A stretch of DNA of 64,000 bases, taken from the NCBI GenBank assembly GCA_040954595.2, contig CM082578.2, positions 4,694,831 to 4,758,830 of the forward strand, read 5' to 3'. Numbering within the stretch: the stretch's first letter is position 1; each line of letters starts with the position of its first letter. This stretch comes from Balanoglossus misakiensis (taxonomy: Eukaryota; Animalia; Hemichordata). Made by a program: the position numbers and the translations under genes. Of this stretch, positions 11,959-61,000 are shown piece after piece. The notes beneath the pieces were generated by a model. It saw nothing but the letters and a program-made list of their open reading frames with translations. It was not told the origin of the DNA and searched no databases.

Positions 11959-12221
11959 TTATAATAAACCTCATGCTAACAGCTGGGAAAATCTTGCAAT
12001 TTTCTCTTGAGGTTAGCAGACGACATCTTCCGCGGTGGCCATTGTGTCAGACGACGCGACGCTGATTGACGTGACCGAGTCTGCGCACTCACGCTGGTCA
12101 CGTGACCGGTTTATATTTTTTCTGCTATTTCCCTAGAGGGATTCATAGTCGATTCTATTTTCCTATCACGTGACGGATTCTGGTGAATCACGACACAGTA
12201 TTAGCATGAGGTATATTGTAA
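11959..12221. mobile_element. Inverted-repeat element upstream of the nucleolin promoter
   Basis: Ends AATAAACCTCATGCTAA / TTAGCATGAGGTATATT; CpG-rich interior with GGTCACGTGACC. Confidence 0.6.
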
Positions 12222-13703
12222 CAGCTTTAAATAATTACATGCAGCACCTTCCTCTGGGTGTTGCAAGTTATTTTGGCTCATAAAATTGGGTCTAATTTCC
12301 TCTATATACAGGATATGAACAAAAGTTATTCGCCATTGTACATGGTACTTGTTTGTTGTACATTGTACGTATACTTATTAATCATGCATAATTTTTAAAT
12401 CATCTACTTTTATTTGTTTAAAGAGATTAAGTCTTTTTTCTCCCACAAGTTCATCGCCATTCATGGTGCATTATTAATGTCAGCAAATGTCTTGATCACC
12501 ATTAATGGTTCACCTTCAAGTTAGTTTAATCCCTTAATTCAGTTCATTCACACACTCCATAATGGAACTTCGTCTTTCAAAATATCAAAATAATACACAA
12601 AAGACAGCCAGTATACATATAAATTGGCAATTTATTAGAAATTACCTTCACATAAAACCACCTCAAATCAGAGTCTGATATTTATGAAATATGATTATCC
12701 GTCAACTCAGTGGACAGACGGACAGTACTAAAAGGCGCCCTCTCGTGGTAGTAACAAAGTATTCTCAAGAACAAGGTAAAATGAAAGGAGCTACTAGTAT
12801 TTGCTTCAAAACATAAAAAATCCTTATAGCCCCCCGAAAACAACTTATGATAATTGTTAGATCTGAAATGTAAATGTCTTGATTCCCTCTGCAGAAATGC
12901 CCCCTCAATACTTTGCACTTTTTAAAACAATGACAACAAATTCTTGAACACATAACATAACATCACCAAATCACACCTTTCAAGAGACTTTAACAAGCAA
13001 CAAGCAACCATCGTGTAAACAAATCAGTAATGAAAACTTGGGGTTTTCAACAAAATTTAGTCAGGGTAATGTGCATACTGACAAATCACTATTTTACAAA
13101 ATATTACAACTTTGTTAAAATATTCCATACATCATTTTTTTAAAAACTGACAAAATCACAAAAGATCGACATTTTGATATGAAGATGAGTAGAATTTCTT
13201 AGTTCTTGAGTACAATGGTCACATTGGGCTAGTTCCGATATTCTAGTAGTTTTACATTGCACGCCTGTAATGTTATCATGTATCTTTCAAGTCTGACTGT
13301 TAAAATACCGGTAGTCAGAAACTGTACATTAATGCAAACATGATATGGAATGTATAATTTTGTGAGTTGAGGTTGATTTTTGTTGTAAGTAGCATGTTGT
13401 GGAGCTAAAACGCATGTTGACATTATCTGTCAGTATCAGCTCAAAATATGATACAAGTCACTTGGGTTTATGTTACCATAGACACTGATGCCAACATTAC
13501 AATTGAAACACACGTAATAAATGAACTCTCCCCCATGCTGAGTGGTTATTCATGCTAGTGTTGGTCGATTGGTTGGTTATCTATGACTCTGGTTATTATT
13601 TATAACTTAACCAGTTGCTCAGCAACTATTTTTTAGTCTCTCTAACATAGGTTATCTTCATTTTAGTGATGATTGTTTAATTGTTGATGACTCCAGAGAA
13701 TGA

Positions 13704-48393
<34,690 letters not shown>

Positions 48394-49059
48394 CTAAAAA
48401 TAAAAACAAAAAAATATGAATGTGATAAGTATATATTAAGAATTAAAAATGTTTGCATTCATAAGGAACACACCTCATTACTTACATGTACATGTATCTC
48501 GGCAGTGATGTACATGTAGATATGTTTAGTAACAGGTTTGCAAGACGAACTAACAGCCTGTCAAGGCACATTATTGTTTTTTTCATTACAATGTGTGTTT
48601 CTATGGGGTTTAGAAACATTTTTACATCCAGGCATATGCTGGAGTTCAGGTGGGTGTTTTGATCCTTGACCAGTATTATCTACAAGCAGTCTAATTTACA
48701 AGTACACAGCTTTCAAAGCATGCTATAAATGGCAATCATATAAAACTTGGTAATATCTTGATAGCACATAACAAAACGAACAGGACATCGTAAAACTTGG
48801 CTTACGGTGACTACTCAAGAGTCAAAAGTTAGAATATTGTCACTCAATTTCATGATTTTTATAAAAAAAAATTATCAATGAATGAAACAAACATAGAGAG
48901 AAAACATGGTGTTCCCATGCTAGTTTTTCAGTTAGGGGTCTCAAATATTGCGGAAAATGCTGAGTCAGCACTTTTCTCGCACTGCTAATGCTATAGTTTT
49001 CTTATGATGAACATTTCTGAACAGTTCTGCCAAAAAATCAAGCACAGTGACATTGTTTT

Positions 49060-52000
49060 TAGGGGCACAAGCCTATCGGGCTTGTGCCCCTATTGGTATT
49101 GTTGGAATATTTGGGGGCACAAGCGCCCTCAGGCGGCTTGTGCCCCCATTGGTATTGTTGGAATTTTTCTTTATTATTATTACGGGCCCAAGCCAAGCCA
49201 GGCTTGGGCCCGTATTGGTTTCGCTGGGGTTTTTCTGTCTTTCTTTCTTTCTTTCTTTCTTAGGGCCCAAGCGCACGCAAGCGCTTGGGCCCTATTGGTT
49301 TCGTTGGGGTTTTTAGGGCCCAAGCGCATGCAGCGCTTGGGCCCTATTGGTATTATCCTGGTTTTTCTTCTACTTCTTCTTTTTAGGGCCCAAGCGCATG
49401 CTGCGCTTGGGCCCTATTGGTATTATCCTGGTTTTTCTTCTTTTTTTTCTTGTGTAGTTTTTTCGGCCAATAGGATCTTGAAAACGGCTGAACCTACAAA
49501 TTTCAAACTTGGGAAAATGGTGCAGGCCTATGAGAGCTGGTACAGTACCCTTGTGAATGTTTAATTAGTCATGTGACCTGTTGACCATATATGGGCAAAG
49601 TTTCCAAATGGGCCTAATTTGCATATGAATGGAGATATCAAAATTCTGTTAGGATACTTTCTGGACCATGTGGTCAGTATCCAACATACCAAATATCAAG
49701 GCCGTGGGCCAAGTGTATTTTGAGAAGAAGACTTTTAAATATTATTAGTTTTTCATATTTTTGGACCCAGCCAAGGGCCTATACTTTCTATAGTTAAGCT
49801 ATGACGCTATGTCCACGTCTATGCAATGGTCCTGTACAGTGACTGTCTATTGGCCCGTGAGCAGAATGGGACCAAAATAAAAGGCAAAATTTTGGGCTCA
49901 CCTGTAACACCTGCTTAACTCATTAATTATGTGCATACCTAATTTTGGGCTAACTAATATGGCTAGATGTTTTGTTCTTGTGGAACATGGACCAGTATGG
50001 GGTCAAAAAATTTTGCCCAAATTTTGGGTGACCTCAGGTGACCTTTGACCTACTTTCCTATATCTCTGCATTCAGAGCAGGTACAGACTTGGCGTTTGGA
50101 GGGTTGGGACTAAAATTGAAAAGCCAAAATTGGGGGTCACCTGTGACACCTGCTTATCTCATTAATTATGTGCATACCTAATTCAGGGATAACTAATAGG
50201 GCTAGAGGTTTTGTTCTTATGGGACATGGACCAGTATAGGGTCAAAATTTCTTGCCCAAATTTTGGGTGACCTCAGGTGACCTTTGACCTACTTAACCAT
50301 ATCTCAGCATCCAGAGCAGGTACAGTCTTGGCGTTTGGAGGGATGGGTTGAAAATGAAAAGTGAAATTATTAAGTCACCTGTAACACCTGCTGAACTCAT
50401 TAATTATGTGCATACCTTATTCCTGGCTAACCAATAGGGCTAGAGGTTTGATTTTTGTTGAACATGGACCAGTATGGGGTCAAAATTTCTTGCCCATCTT
50501 TTGGGTGACGACATATGACCTTTGACCTTCAGCTTAAGCTTGGGCCCGTCATCGCTGCTTGCAGCTATATTTTTTTTTTTCTTGTGTAGTTTTTTCGGCC
50601 AGCTAGATCTGGAAAACGGCTGAACCTACAAATTCCAAAGTTGGCATAAGGGTGCAGGCCAATGAGAGCTGGTGCAGTACCCTTGTGAATGTTTAATAAG
50701 TCACGTGACCTGATGACCATATATGGACAAAATTTTCAAATTGACCTAATTTGCATATGAATGGACATATCAAAATTCTGTTAACATACTTTGTGGACCA
50801 TGTGGCCAGGGTTCTACATGCCAAATGTCAAGGCCATAGGCCATGTCAATTTTGAGAAGAAGATTTTTAAGTATTATTTTTCATATTTTTCACCCAAGCC
50901 ATGGGCCTATACTTTACATAGTAAAGCTATGACCACATATTATTTTGGATAAATATGCATACATATCTCAAAATCTGTTAGGCCGATCATCTCCAACTTT
51001 GGTGTGCAGCTAGCCTAGCATTTGTCAATAATTTTAAGCGAAAAAAAAATAATATGAAAAATCGACCGATTTTTTTATATTAATTTTTTTTTTTAATTTA
51101 TACCTTTACTTATACCTCTATGGTTAAGCTATGTCCATGTCTTATTGTGGAATTCTTCTGGTCTGTGCAATAGTCCTGTACAGTGACTGTCTATTGGTCA
51201 GTGAGCACAATGGCACCAAAATAAAAGGCAAAATTTTAGGCTCACCTGTAACACCTGCTTAACTCATTAATTATGTGCATACCTAATTCTGGGCTAACTA
51301 AGAGGGCTAGAGGTTTCGTTCTTGTGCGACATGGACCAGTATAGGGTCAAAATTTCTTGCCCAAATTTTGGGTGACCTCAGGTGACCTTTGACCTACTTT
51401 CCTATATCTCGGCATCCAGAGAAGGTACACACTTGGCGTTTGAAGGGTTGGGACTAAAATTGAAAAGCCAAAATGGAGGTCACCTGTGACACCTGCATAT
51501 CTGATTAATTATGTGCATACCTAATTCCAGGCTAACCAATAGGGCTATAGGTTTGGTTTTTGTTGAACATGGACCAGTATAGGGTCAAAACTTCTTGCCA
51601 AAATGTTGCATGACCTCAGGTGACCTTTGACCTACTTTACCATATCTTGGCATCCAGAGCAGGTACAGACTTGGCGTTTTGAGGGTTGGGACTAAAATTT
51701 AAAAGCCAAAATGCAGGTCACCTGTGACACCTGAATATCTCATTAATTATGTGCATACCTAATTCCAGGCTAACCAATAGTGCTATAGGTTTGGTTTTTG
51801 TTGAACATGGACCAGTATAGGGTCAAAATTTCTTGCCCAAATTTTGCATGACCTCAGGTGACCTTTGACCTACTTTTCCATATCTTGGCATCCAGAGCAG
51901 ATATGCTTATTGCTATGTGCTATGTTGGCTTGGGCCCGCCATTGCTGCTTGCAGCTATATTTAGGGCCCAAGCGCATACCAGCGCTTGGGCCCTATTGGT

Positions 52001-55000
52001 TTCGTTGGGGTTTTTCTGTCTTTAGGGCCCAAGCGCAAGCCAGCGCTTGGGCCCTATTGGTTTCGTTGGGGTTTTTCTGTCTTTCCTTCTTTCTTTCTTC
52101 TTTCTTTATTCTTCTGTCAATTCTTTGTCGCTCTAGATCTCAGACACCACTGCAGGTACAGTTTTCAAACTTGCTACAGTGGTCAAGGTCAATGAGTAGT
52201 CGTGCATTGAACCCATGAATTTTTAATTAGTCACGTGACCTGGCGGCCATATTAGATTTTCTGAAAAAATGCAAATCTCAGATCTCAGAAACTACAAGTC
52301 AGATCGACTTCAAATTTGGCGTGCAGGTAGACTACCTTCTGTCAATCATTTTTGTAATAGGAAATTATGCTGACAAAGTTGCAGTTTTTTTGTTACAATT
52401 TTTTTTCTGAAATCTGGCTTAAATTTCAAAAATCTTCTTCTCCAGAACCGGTGATAACCAAGACACAGGGTTTGGGGTATGTGGTCACCTAACTGATGTC
52501 TATCAAGTTTGCGAAGATCATTATGATTGGTCGAAGATTACGGCGGCCATATTGGATTTTCGAAAAACCCTAGTAAAATTTCAAAAATCTTCTTCTCAAG
52601 AACCGGCGATAACCGAGTCACAAGATTTGGTGTGTGTGGTCATTAAACAGATGTCTAACAAGTTTGCGAAGGGGATTGTGATTGGTTGAAGATTATGGCG
52701 GCCATATTGGATTTTGTGAAAAACGATTAAAAAGAAAAAAATTCCTTTCTAGCCTAAAAATTGATAGCACAGAAATTCTTTTTATGGATATGAATCATCA
52801 TATAACAAGAATAAGCTATAAATATTTTGGTAATTTTGGCAATGACCTTTGACCTACTTTTGACGCATCATTTTTCTGCATATCTAATTCCAAGCTAACC
52901 AATAGGGCTATAAGTTTGGTTTTTGATGTATGTGGATTTGTATGTGATCAAAAAATGTTGCTACTTTTCATGACCCCTTTGACCTCTGCTGACCTCATTA
53001 AATATGCACATACCTAATTACAGGTGAACCAATAGACCTAGAGGTTTTGTTTTTGTTATACATGGACCAGTATCGGGTAAAACTATTTTGCCCAAATGTT
53101 AGGTGACCTCGGGTGACCTTTGACCTACTTTTGCATATCTTGACATCCACAGCAGATACAGCATTGGCGTTTGGAGGTATGGGGCCATAATGAAAAGCCA
53201 AAGTTTTGGGTCACCTGTGACACCTGCTTAACTCATTATTTATGTGTATACCTAATTCTGGGCTAACCAAAAAGGCTAGAGATCTGGTTTTTGTTGGACA
53301 TGGACCACTATGGGTCACAATTTTCTGCCCAAATTGTGGGTGACCTCTGGGTGACCTTTGACCTACTTAACACTATATCAACACCAAGCATAGATATAAC
53401 CTTGATATTTCATGGGATAAAACACAGCATTATGTTTCTACTCATTAATTATGTGCATATCTAATAATCTGATCAGATAATAGAGCTTGGGCCCGGACAA
53501 TGCTGCTTGCAGCTTTAATTAGGGCCCAAGCGCACAGCAGCGCTTGGGCCCTATTGGTTTCGTTGGGGTTTTTCTTTCTTTCTTTCTTTCTTTATTCTTG
53601 GTTCACTTCTTTGTCGCTCTAGATCTCAGACACCACTGCAGGTACAGTTTTCAAACTTGCTACAGTGGTCAAGGTCAATGAGTTGTCGTGCATTGAACCC
53701 TTGAATTGTTAATTAGTCACGTGACCTGGCGGCCATATTGGATTTTCTGAAAAAATGCAAATCTCAGATCTCAGAAACTACAAGTCAGATCGACTTCAAA
53801 TTTGGTGTGCAGGTAGTCTACTTTCTACCCATCATTTTTGTAATTGGATATTTTGCTGTAAATGTTGCAGTTTTTTTGCTACATTTTTTTTTCTGAAATC
53901 TGGCTTAAATTTCAAAAATCTTCTTCTCCAGAACCGGTGATAACCGAGTGACGCGGTTTGGGGTATGTGGTCACCTAACTGATGTCTATCAAGTTTGATA
54001 AGAAGCATTGTGATTGGTCGAAGATTATTGCGGCCATATTGGATTTTCGAAAAACCATAGTAAAACTGCAAAAATCTTCTTCTCCAGAACGGGCGATAAC
54101 TGAGTCGCAAGATTCGGGGAGTATGGTCACAACACTGATGTCTATCAAGTTTGCAAAGAGCATTGTGATTGGTCGAAGATTATGGCGGCCATATTGGATT
54201 TTGTAAAAAGCAGTGAAAAATTGAAATTCCTTTTCCTAGTCTAAAAATTGACAGCATACAAATTCTTTTCATGGATATCAATCGTCATATGACTAAAATA
54301 TGTTACAAATTTTTGGCGATTTTTCACATGACCTTTGACCTACTTATCACACGTTATTATTTCTGCATATCTAATTCCAGGCTAACCTATAGGGCTAGAT
54401 GTTTGGTTTTTGATGAATGTGGATTAGTGTGTGATCAAAATATTTTGCTACTTTTCATGACCCCTTTGACCTCTGCTGACCTCATTAATTATGTGCATAG
54501 CTAATTACAGGCGAACCAATAGAGCTAGAGGTTTGGTTTTTGTTGGACACAGACCAGTATGGGATCAACATTTTTTGCCCAAATGTTGCGTGACCTCTGG
54601 TGACCTTTGACCTACTTTCGCATATCTCAGCATCCAGAGCAGATACAGCCATGGCATTTGGTAGGATGGGACCAAAATGTAAAGCCACATTTTTGGGTCA
54701 CCTGTGACACCTGCTGACCTCATTAAATATGCACATACCTAATTACAGGCGAACCAATAGAGCTAGAGTTTTGGTTTTTGTTGGACATGGACCAGTATGG
54801 GTAAAAAAAAATGCCCAAATGTTGGGTGACCTTAGGTGACCTTTCACCTACTTTCAGCAGCAAAAATACACACATCCTTGTTATGTCATGAGATAATTCA
54901 TCCGATAAAAAATTCTGTTTCTTCTCATTCATACTGTGCATATATAATTCAAGATCAGCGCTTGGGCCCGACAATGCTGCTCGCAGCTTTAATTAGGGCC

Positions 55001-58000
55001 CAAGCGCAAGCAAGCGCTTGGGCCCTATTGGTTTCGTTGGAATTTTTCTTTCTTTCTTTCTTTCTTTATTCTTGTGTCAATTCTTCGGCCAACTAAATCT
55101 CTGAAACTACTGCAGGTACACTGCTCAAACTTGCTACAGTGGTCAAGGTCTATGAGTAGATGTGCAGTGACTTGTGAATACTTAATTAGTCACGTGACCT
55201 GGCGGCCATATTGGATTTTCTGAAAAACTACAAATGACTTCTTCTCAAAAACTACAAGGCAAATCAACTTCAAATTTGGTACATAGTACACATGTCCTCT
55301 GCCCTACAAAGTTTGATAATAAAATCTCGAGCGATCACGTGACTTTGGCCGCCATATTGGATTTTCGAAAAATCCAACTAAAACTTCAAAAATCTTCTTC
55401 TCCAGTACCGGTGTTGACCTAGTCACAGGGTTTGGGGTATGTGGTCACCTAACAGATGTCTATCAAGTTTGATAAGAAGCATTGTGATTGGTCGAAGATT
55501 ATGGCGGCCATATTGGATTTTCGAAAAACCATAGTAAAACTCCAAAAATCTTCTTCTCCAGAACGGGCGATAACTGAGTCGCAAGATTCGGGGAGTATGG
55601 TCACTACACTGATGTCTATCAAGTTTGTAAAGAGCACTGTGATTGGTCGAAGATTATGGCGGCCATATTGGATTTTGTAAAAAGCAGTAAAAAAATGGAT
55701 ATTCCTTTTCCTAGTCTAAAAATTAATAGCATACAAATTCTTTTTATGGATATCAATCGTCATGTGACTACAATATGTTGCAAATTTTTTGGCAATTTTC
55801 ACATGACCTTTGACCTACTTTTCACATATCATTATATCTGCCTATCTATTTCCAGGCTAACCTATAGGGCTAGACTTTTGGTTTTTGATGCATGTGGATT
55901 AGTGTGTGATCAAAATATTTTGCGACTTTTCATGACCCCTTTGACCTCTGCTGACCTCATTAATTATGTGCATAGCTAATTACAGGCGAACCAATAGAGC
56001 TAGAGGTTTGGTATTTGTTGGACATGGACCAGTATGGGATCAAAAAATTTTTGCCCAAATTTTGGGTGACCTTTGGTGACCTTTGACCTACTTTCGCATA
56101 TCTCAGCATCCAGAGCAGATACAGCCATGGCGTTTGTCAGGATGGGACCAAAATGTAAAGCCACATTTTTGGGTCACCTGTGACACCTGCTGACCTCATT
56201 AAATATGCACATACCTAATTACAGGCGAACCAATAGAGCTAGAGTTTCGGTTTTTGTTGGACATGGACCAGTATGGATCAAAAAAATTGCCCAAATGTTG
56301 GGTGACCTCAGGTGTCCTTTGACCTACTTCACCCTATTTCAGCAGCAAAAATACATACGTCCTTGTTATGTCATGAGATAATACACCCGATAGAAAATTC
56401 TGTTTCTTCACATTCATACTGTGCATATATAATTCGAGAGCAGCGCTTGGGCCCGACAATGCTGCTCGCAGCTTTAATTCTTTCTTTCTTTTTTCTTGTG
56501 TCATTTCTTTGTTGCTCTAGATCTCAGACACTGCTGCAGGTACACTTCTCAAACTTGCCACAGTGGTCAAGGTCAATGGGTAGTCGTGCATTGAACTCTT
56601 GAATTTTTAATTAGTCACATGACATGGCGGCCATATTGGATTTTCTGAAAAAATGCAAATCTCAGATCTCAGAAACTACAAGTCAGATTCACTTCAGATT
56701 TGGTGTGCTGGTAGTGTACCTTCTGCCCATCATTTTTGTAATTGGATATTTTGCTGTCAATGTTGCAGTTTTTTTGCTACAATTTTTTTTCTGAAATCCG
56801 GCTTTATTTTCAAAAATCTTCTTCTCCAGAACCGGTGATAACCAAGACACGGGGTTTGGGGTATGTCGTCACCTAACTGATGTCTATCAAGTTTGCGAAG
56901 ATCATTGTGATTGGTCGAAGATTATGGCGGCCATATTGGATTTTCGAAAAACCCTAGTAAAATTTCAAAAATCTTCTTCTCAAGAACCGGCGATAACTGA
57001 GTCACAAGATTTGGTGTATGTGGTCATTAAACAGCTGTCTATCAAGTTTGCGAAGCGGAATGTGATTGGTCGAAGATTATGGCGGCCATATTGGATTTTG
57101 TGAAAAACGATTAAAAAGTAAAAATTCCCATTCTAGCCTAAAAATTGATAGCACAGAAATTCTTTTTATGGATATGGATCATCATATGACAAGAATAAGC
57201 TATAATTATTTTGGTAATTTTGGCAATGACCTTTGACCTACTTTTGACGCATCATTTTTCTGTATATCTAATTCCAGGCTAACCAATAGGGCTAGACGTT
57301 TGGTTTATGATGCATGTGGATTAGAGTGTGATCAAAATATTTTGCTACTTTCCATGACCCCTTTGACCTCAGCTGCCCTCATTAATTATGTACATATCTA
57401 ATTACGGGCGAACCAATAGAGCTAGAGGTTTGGTTTTTGTTGGACATGGACAAGTATGGGGTCAAAATATTTTGCCCAAATGTTGGGTGACCTCGGGTGA
57501 CCTTTGACCTACTTTTGCATATCTCGACATCCACAGCAGATACAGCCTTGGCGTTTGGAGACATAGGGCCATAATTAAAAGCCAAAGTTTTGGGTCACCT
57601 GTGACACCTGCTTAACTCATTATTTATGTGCATACCTAATTCCGGGCTAACCAAAAGGGCTAGAGGTCTGGCTTTTGTTGGACATGGACCACTATGGGTC
57701 AAAATGTTCTGCCAAAATTGTGGGTGACCCCTGGGTGACCTTTGACCTACTTAACACTATATCAGCACCAAACAGATATAACCTTGATATATCATGGGAT
57801 AAAGCACAGCATTATGTTTCTACTCATTAATTATGTGCATATCTAATAATCAGATCAGATAATAGAGCTTGGGCCCGGACAATGCTGCTTGCAGCTTTAA
57901 TTAGGGCCCAAGCGCATACCAGCGCTTGGGCCCTATTGGTTTCGTTGGGGTTTTTCTTTCTTCTTTCTTTCTTTCTTTCTTTATTCTTGTGTCAATTCTT

Positions 58001-61000
58001 TGTCGCTCTAGATCTCAGACACCGCTGCAGGTACACTTCTGAAACTTGCTACAGTGGTCAAGGTCAATGAGTAGTCGTGCATTGAACCTGTGAATTTTTA
58101 ATTAGTCACGTGACCTGGCGGCCATATTGGATTTTCTGAAAAAATGCAAATCTCAGATCTCAGAAACTACAAGTCAGATCGACTTCAAATTTGGTGTGCA
58201 GGTAGTCTACCTTCTACCCATCATTTTTGTAATTGGATATTTTGCTGTAAATGTTGCAGTTTTTTTGCTACAATTTTTTTTCTGAAATCTGGCTTAAATT
58301 TCAAAAATCTTCTTCTCCAGAACCGGTGATAACTGAGTCACGCGGTTTGGGGTATGTGGTCACATAACTGATGTCTATCAAGTTTGCGAAGATCATTGTG
58401 ATTGGTCGAAGATTATGGCGGCCATATTGGATTTTCGAAAAACCATAGTAAAACTTCAAAAATCTTCTTCTCAAGAACGGGCGATAACCGAGTCACAAGA
58501 TTTGGTGTGTGTGGTCATTAAACAGGTGTCTATCAAGTTTGCGAAGGGGAATGTGATTGGTCGAAGATTATGGCGGCCATATTGGATTTTGTGAAAAACG
58601 ATTAAAAAGTAAAAATTCCTTTTCTAGCCTAAAAATTGATAGCACAGAAATTCTTTTTTATGGATATGAATCATCATATGACAAGAATAAGCTATAAATA
58701 TTTTGGTAATTTTGGCAATGACCTTTGACCTACTTTTGACGCATCATTTTTCTGCATATCTAATTCCAGGCTTACCAATAGGGCTATAAGTTTGGTTTTT
58801 GATGTATGTGGATTTGTATGTGATCAAAAAATGTTGCTACTTTTCATGACCCCTTTGACCTCTGGTGACCTCATTAAATATGCACATACCTAATTAATGA
58901 TGAACCAATAGACCTAGAGGTTTTGTTTTTGTTATACATGGACCAGTATGGGGTCAAAATATTTTGCCCAAATGTTGGGTGACCTCGGGTGACCTTTGAC
59001 CTACTTTTGCATATCTCGACATCCACAGCAGATACAACCTTGGCGTTTGGAGGTATGGGGCCATAATGAAAAGCCAAAGTTTTGGGTCACCTTTGACACC
59101 TGCTTAACTCATTATTTATGTGCATACCTAATTCCGGGCTAACCAAAAGGGCTAGAGGTCTGGTTTTTGTTGGACATGGACCACTATGGATCAAAATTTT
59201 CTGCCCAAATTGTGGGTGACCTCTGGGTGACCTTTGACCTACTTAACACTATATCAACACCAAACATAGATATAACCTTGATATTTCATGGGATAAAACA
59301 CAGCATTATGTTTCTACTCATTAATTATGTGCATATCTAATAATCTGATCAGATAATAGAGCTTGGGCCCGGACAATGCTGCTTGCAGCTTTAATTCTTT
59401 CTTTAGGGCCCAAGCGCATGCAAGCGCTTGGGCCCTATTGGTTTCGTCTGGGTTTTTAGGGCCCAAGCGCAAGCAAGCGCTTGGGCCCTATTGGTTTCGT
59501 TGGAATTTTTAGGGCCCAAGCGCAAGCAAGCGCTTGGGCCCTATTGGTTTCGTTGGAATTTTTAGGGCCCAAGCGCAAGCAAGCGCTTGGGCCCTATTGG
59601 TTTCGTTGGAATTTTTAGGGCCCAAGCGCAAGCAAGCGCTTGGGCCCTATTGGTTTCGTTGGAATTTTTAGGGCCCAAGCGCATACCAGCGCTTGGGCCC
59701 TATTGGTTTCGTTGGGGTTTTTCAGTCTTTCTTTCTTTCCTTCTTTATTCTTGGTTCCATTTTTCGGCCACCTAAATCTCAAAAACTGCAGCACCAACCA
59801 GGCTGAAACTTGGTAGGCAGATAGGGGCCAATGAGTAGATGTGCAGTGGCTCGTGAATATTTAATTAGTCACGTGACCTGGCGGCCATATTGGATTTTCT
59901 GAAAAAATGCAAATCTCAGATCTCAGAAACTACAAGTCAGATTGACTTCAAATTTGGTGTGCAGCTAGTATACCTTATGCCCATCATTTTTGTAATTGGA
60001 TATTATGCTGTCAATGTTGCAGTTTTTTTGCTACAGTTGTTTTTCTGAAATCTGGTCAAATTTTCAAAAATCTTCTTCTCCAGAACCGGCGATAACCGAG
60101 TCACGCCATTTGAGGTATGTGGTCACCTAACTGATGTCTATCAAGTTTGCGAAGATCATTGTGATTGGTCGAAGATTATGGCGGCCATATTGGATTTTCG
60201 AAAAACCATAGTAAAACTTCAAAAATCTTCTTCTCCAGAACGGGCGATAACCGAGTCACAAGATTTGGTGTGTGTGGTCATTAAACAGATGTCTATCAAG
60301 TTTGCGAAGGGGAATGTGATTGGTCGAAGATTATGGCGGCCATATTGAATTTTGTGAAAATCGATTAAAAAGTAAAAATTCCTTTTCTAGCCTAAACATT
60401 GATAGCACAGAAATTTTTTTTATGGATATGAATCATCATATGACAAGAATTAGCTATAAATATTTTGGTAATTTTGGCAATGACCTTTGACCTACTTTTG
60501 ACCCTTCATTTTTCTGCATATCTAATTCCAGGCTAACCAATAGGGCTATAAGTTTGGTTTTTGATGTATGTGGATTTGTATGTGATCAAAAAATTTTGCT
60601 ACTTTTCATGACCCCTTTGACCTCTGCTGACCTCATTAAATATGCACATACCTAATTAATGATGAACAAATAGACCTAGAGGTTTGGTTTTTGTTATACA
60701 TGGACCAGTATGGGGTCAAAATATTTTGCACAAATGTTGGGTGACCTCGGGTGACCTTTGACCTACTTTTGCATATCTCGACATCCACAGCATATACAGC
60801 CTTGGAGTTTGGAGGTATGGGGCCATAATGAAAAGCCAAAGTTTTGGGTCACCTGTGACCCCTGCTCAATTCATTATTTATGTGCATACCTAATTCCGTG
60901 CTAACCAAAAGGCCAAGAGGTCTGGTTTTTGTTGGACATGGACCACTATGGATCAAAATTTTCTGCCCAAATTGTGGGTGACCTCTGGGTGACCTTTGAC

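Noticed and set aside
59404-59720. CRISPR-like array of palindromic repeats
   Set aside because: No unique spacers, no cas genes, eukaryotic context; the units are transposon heads.
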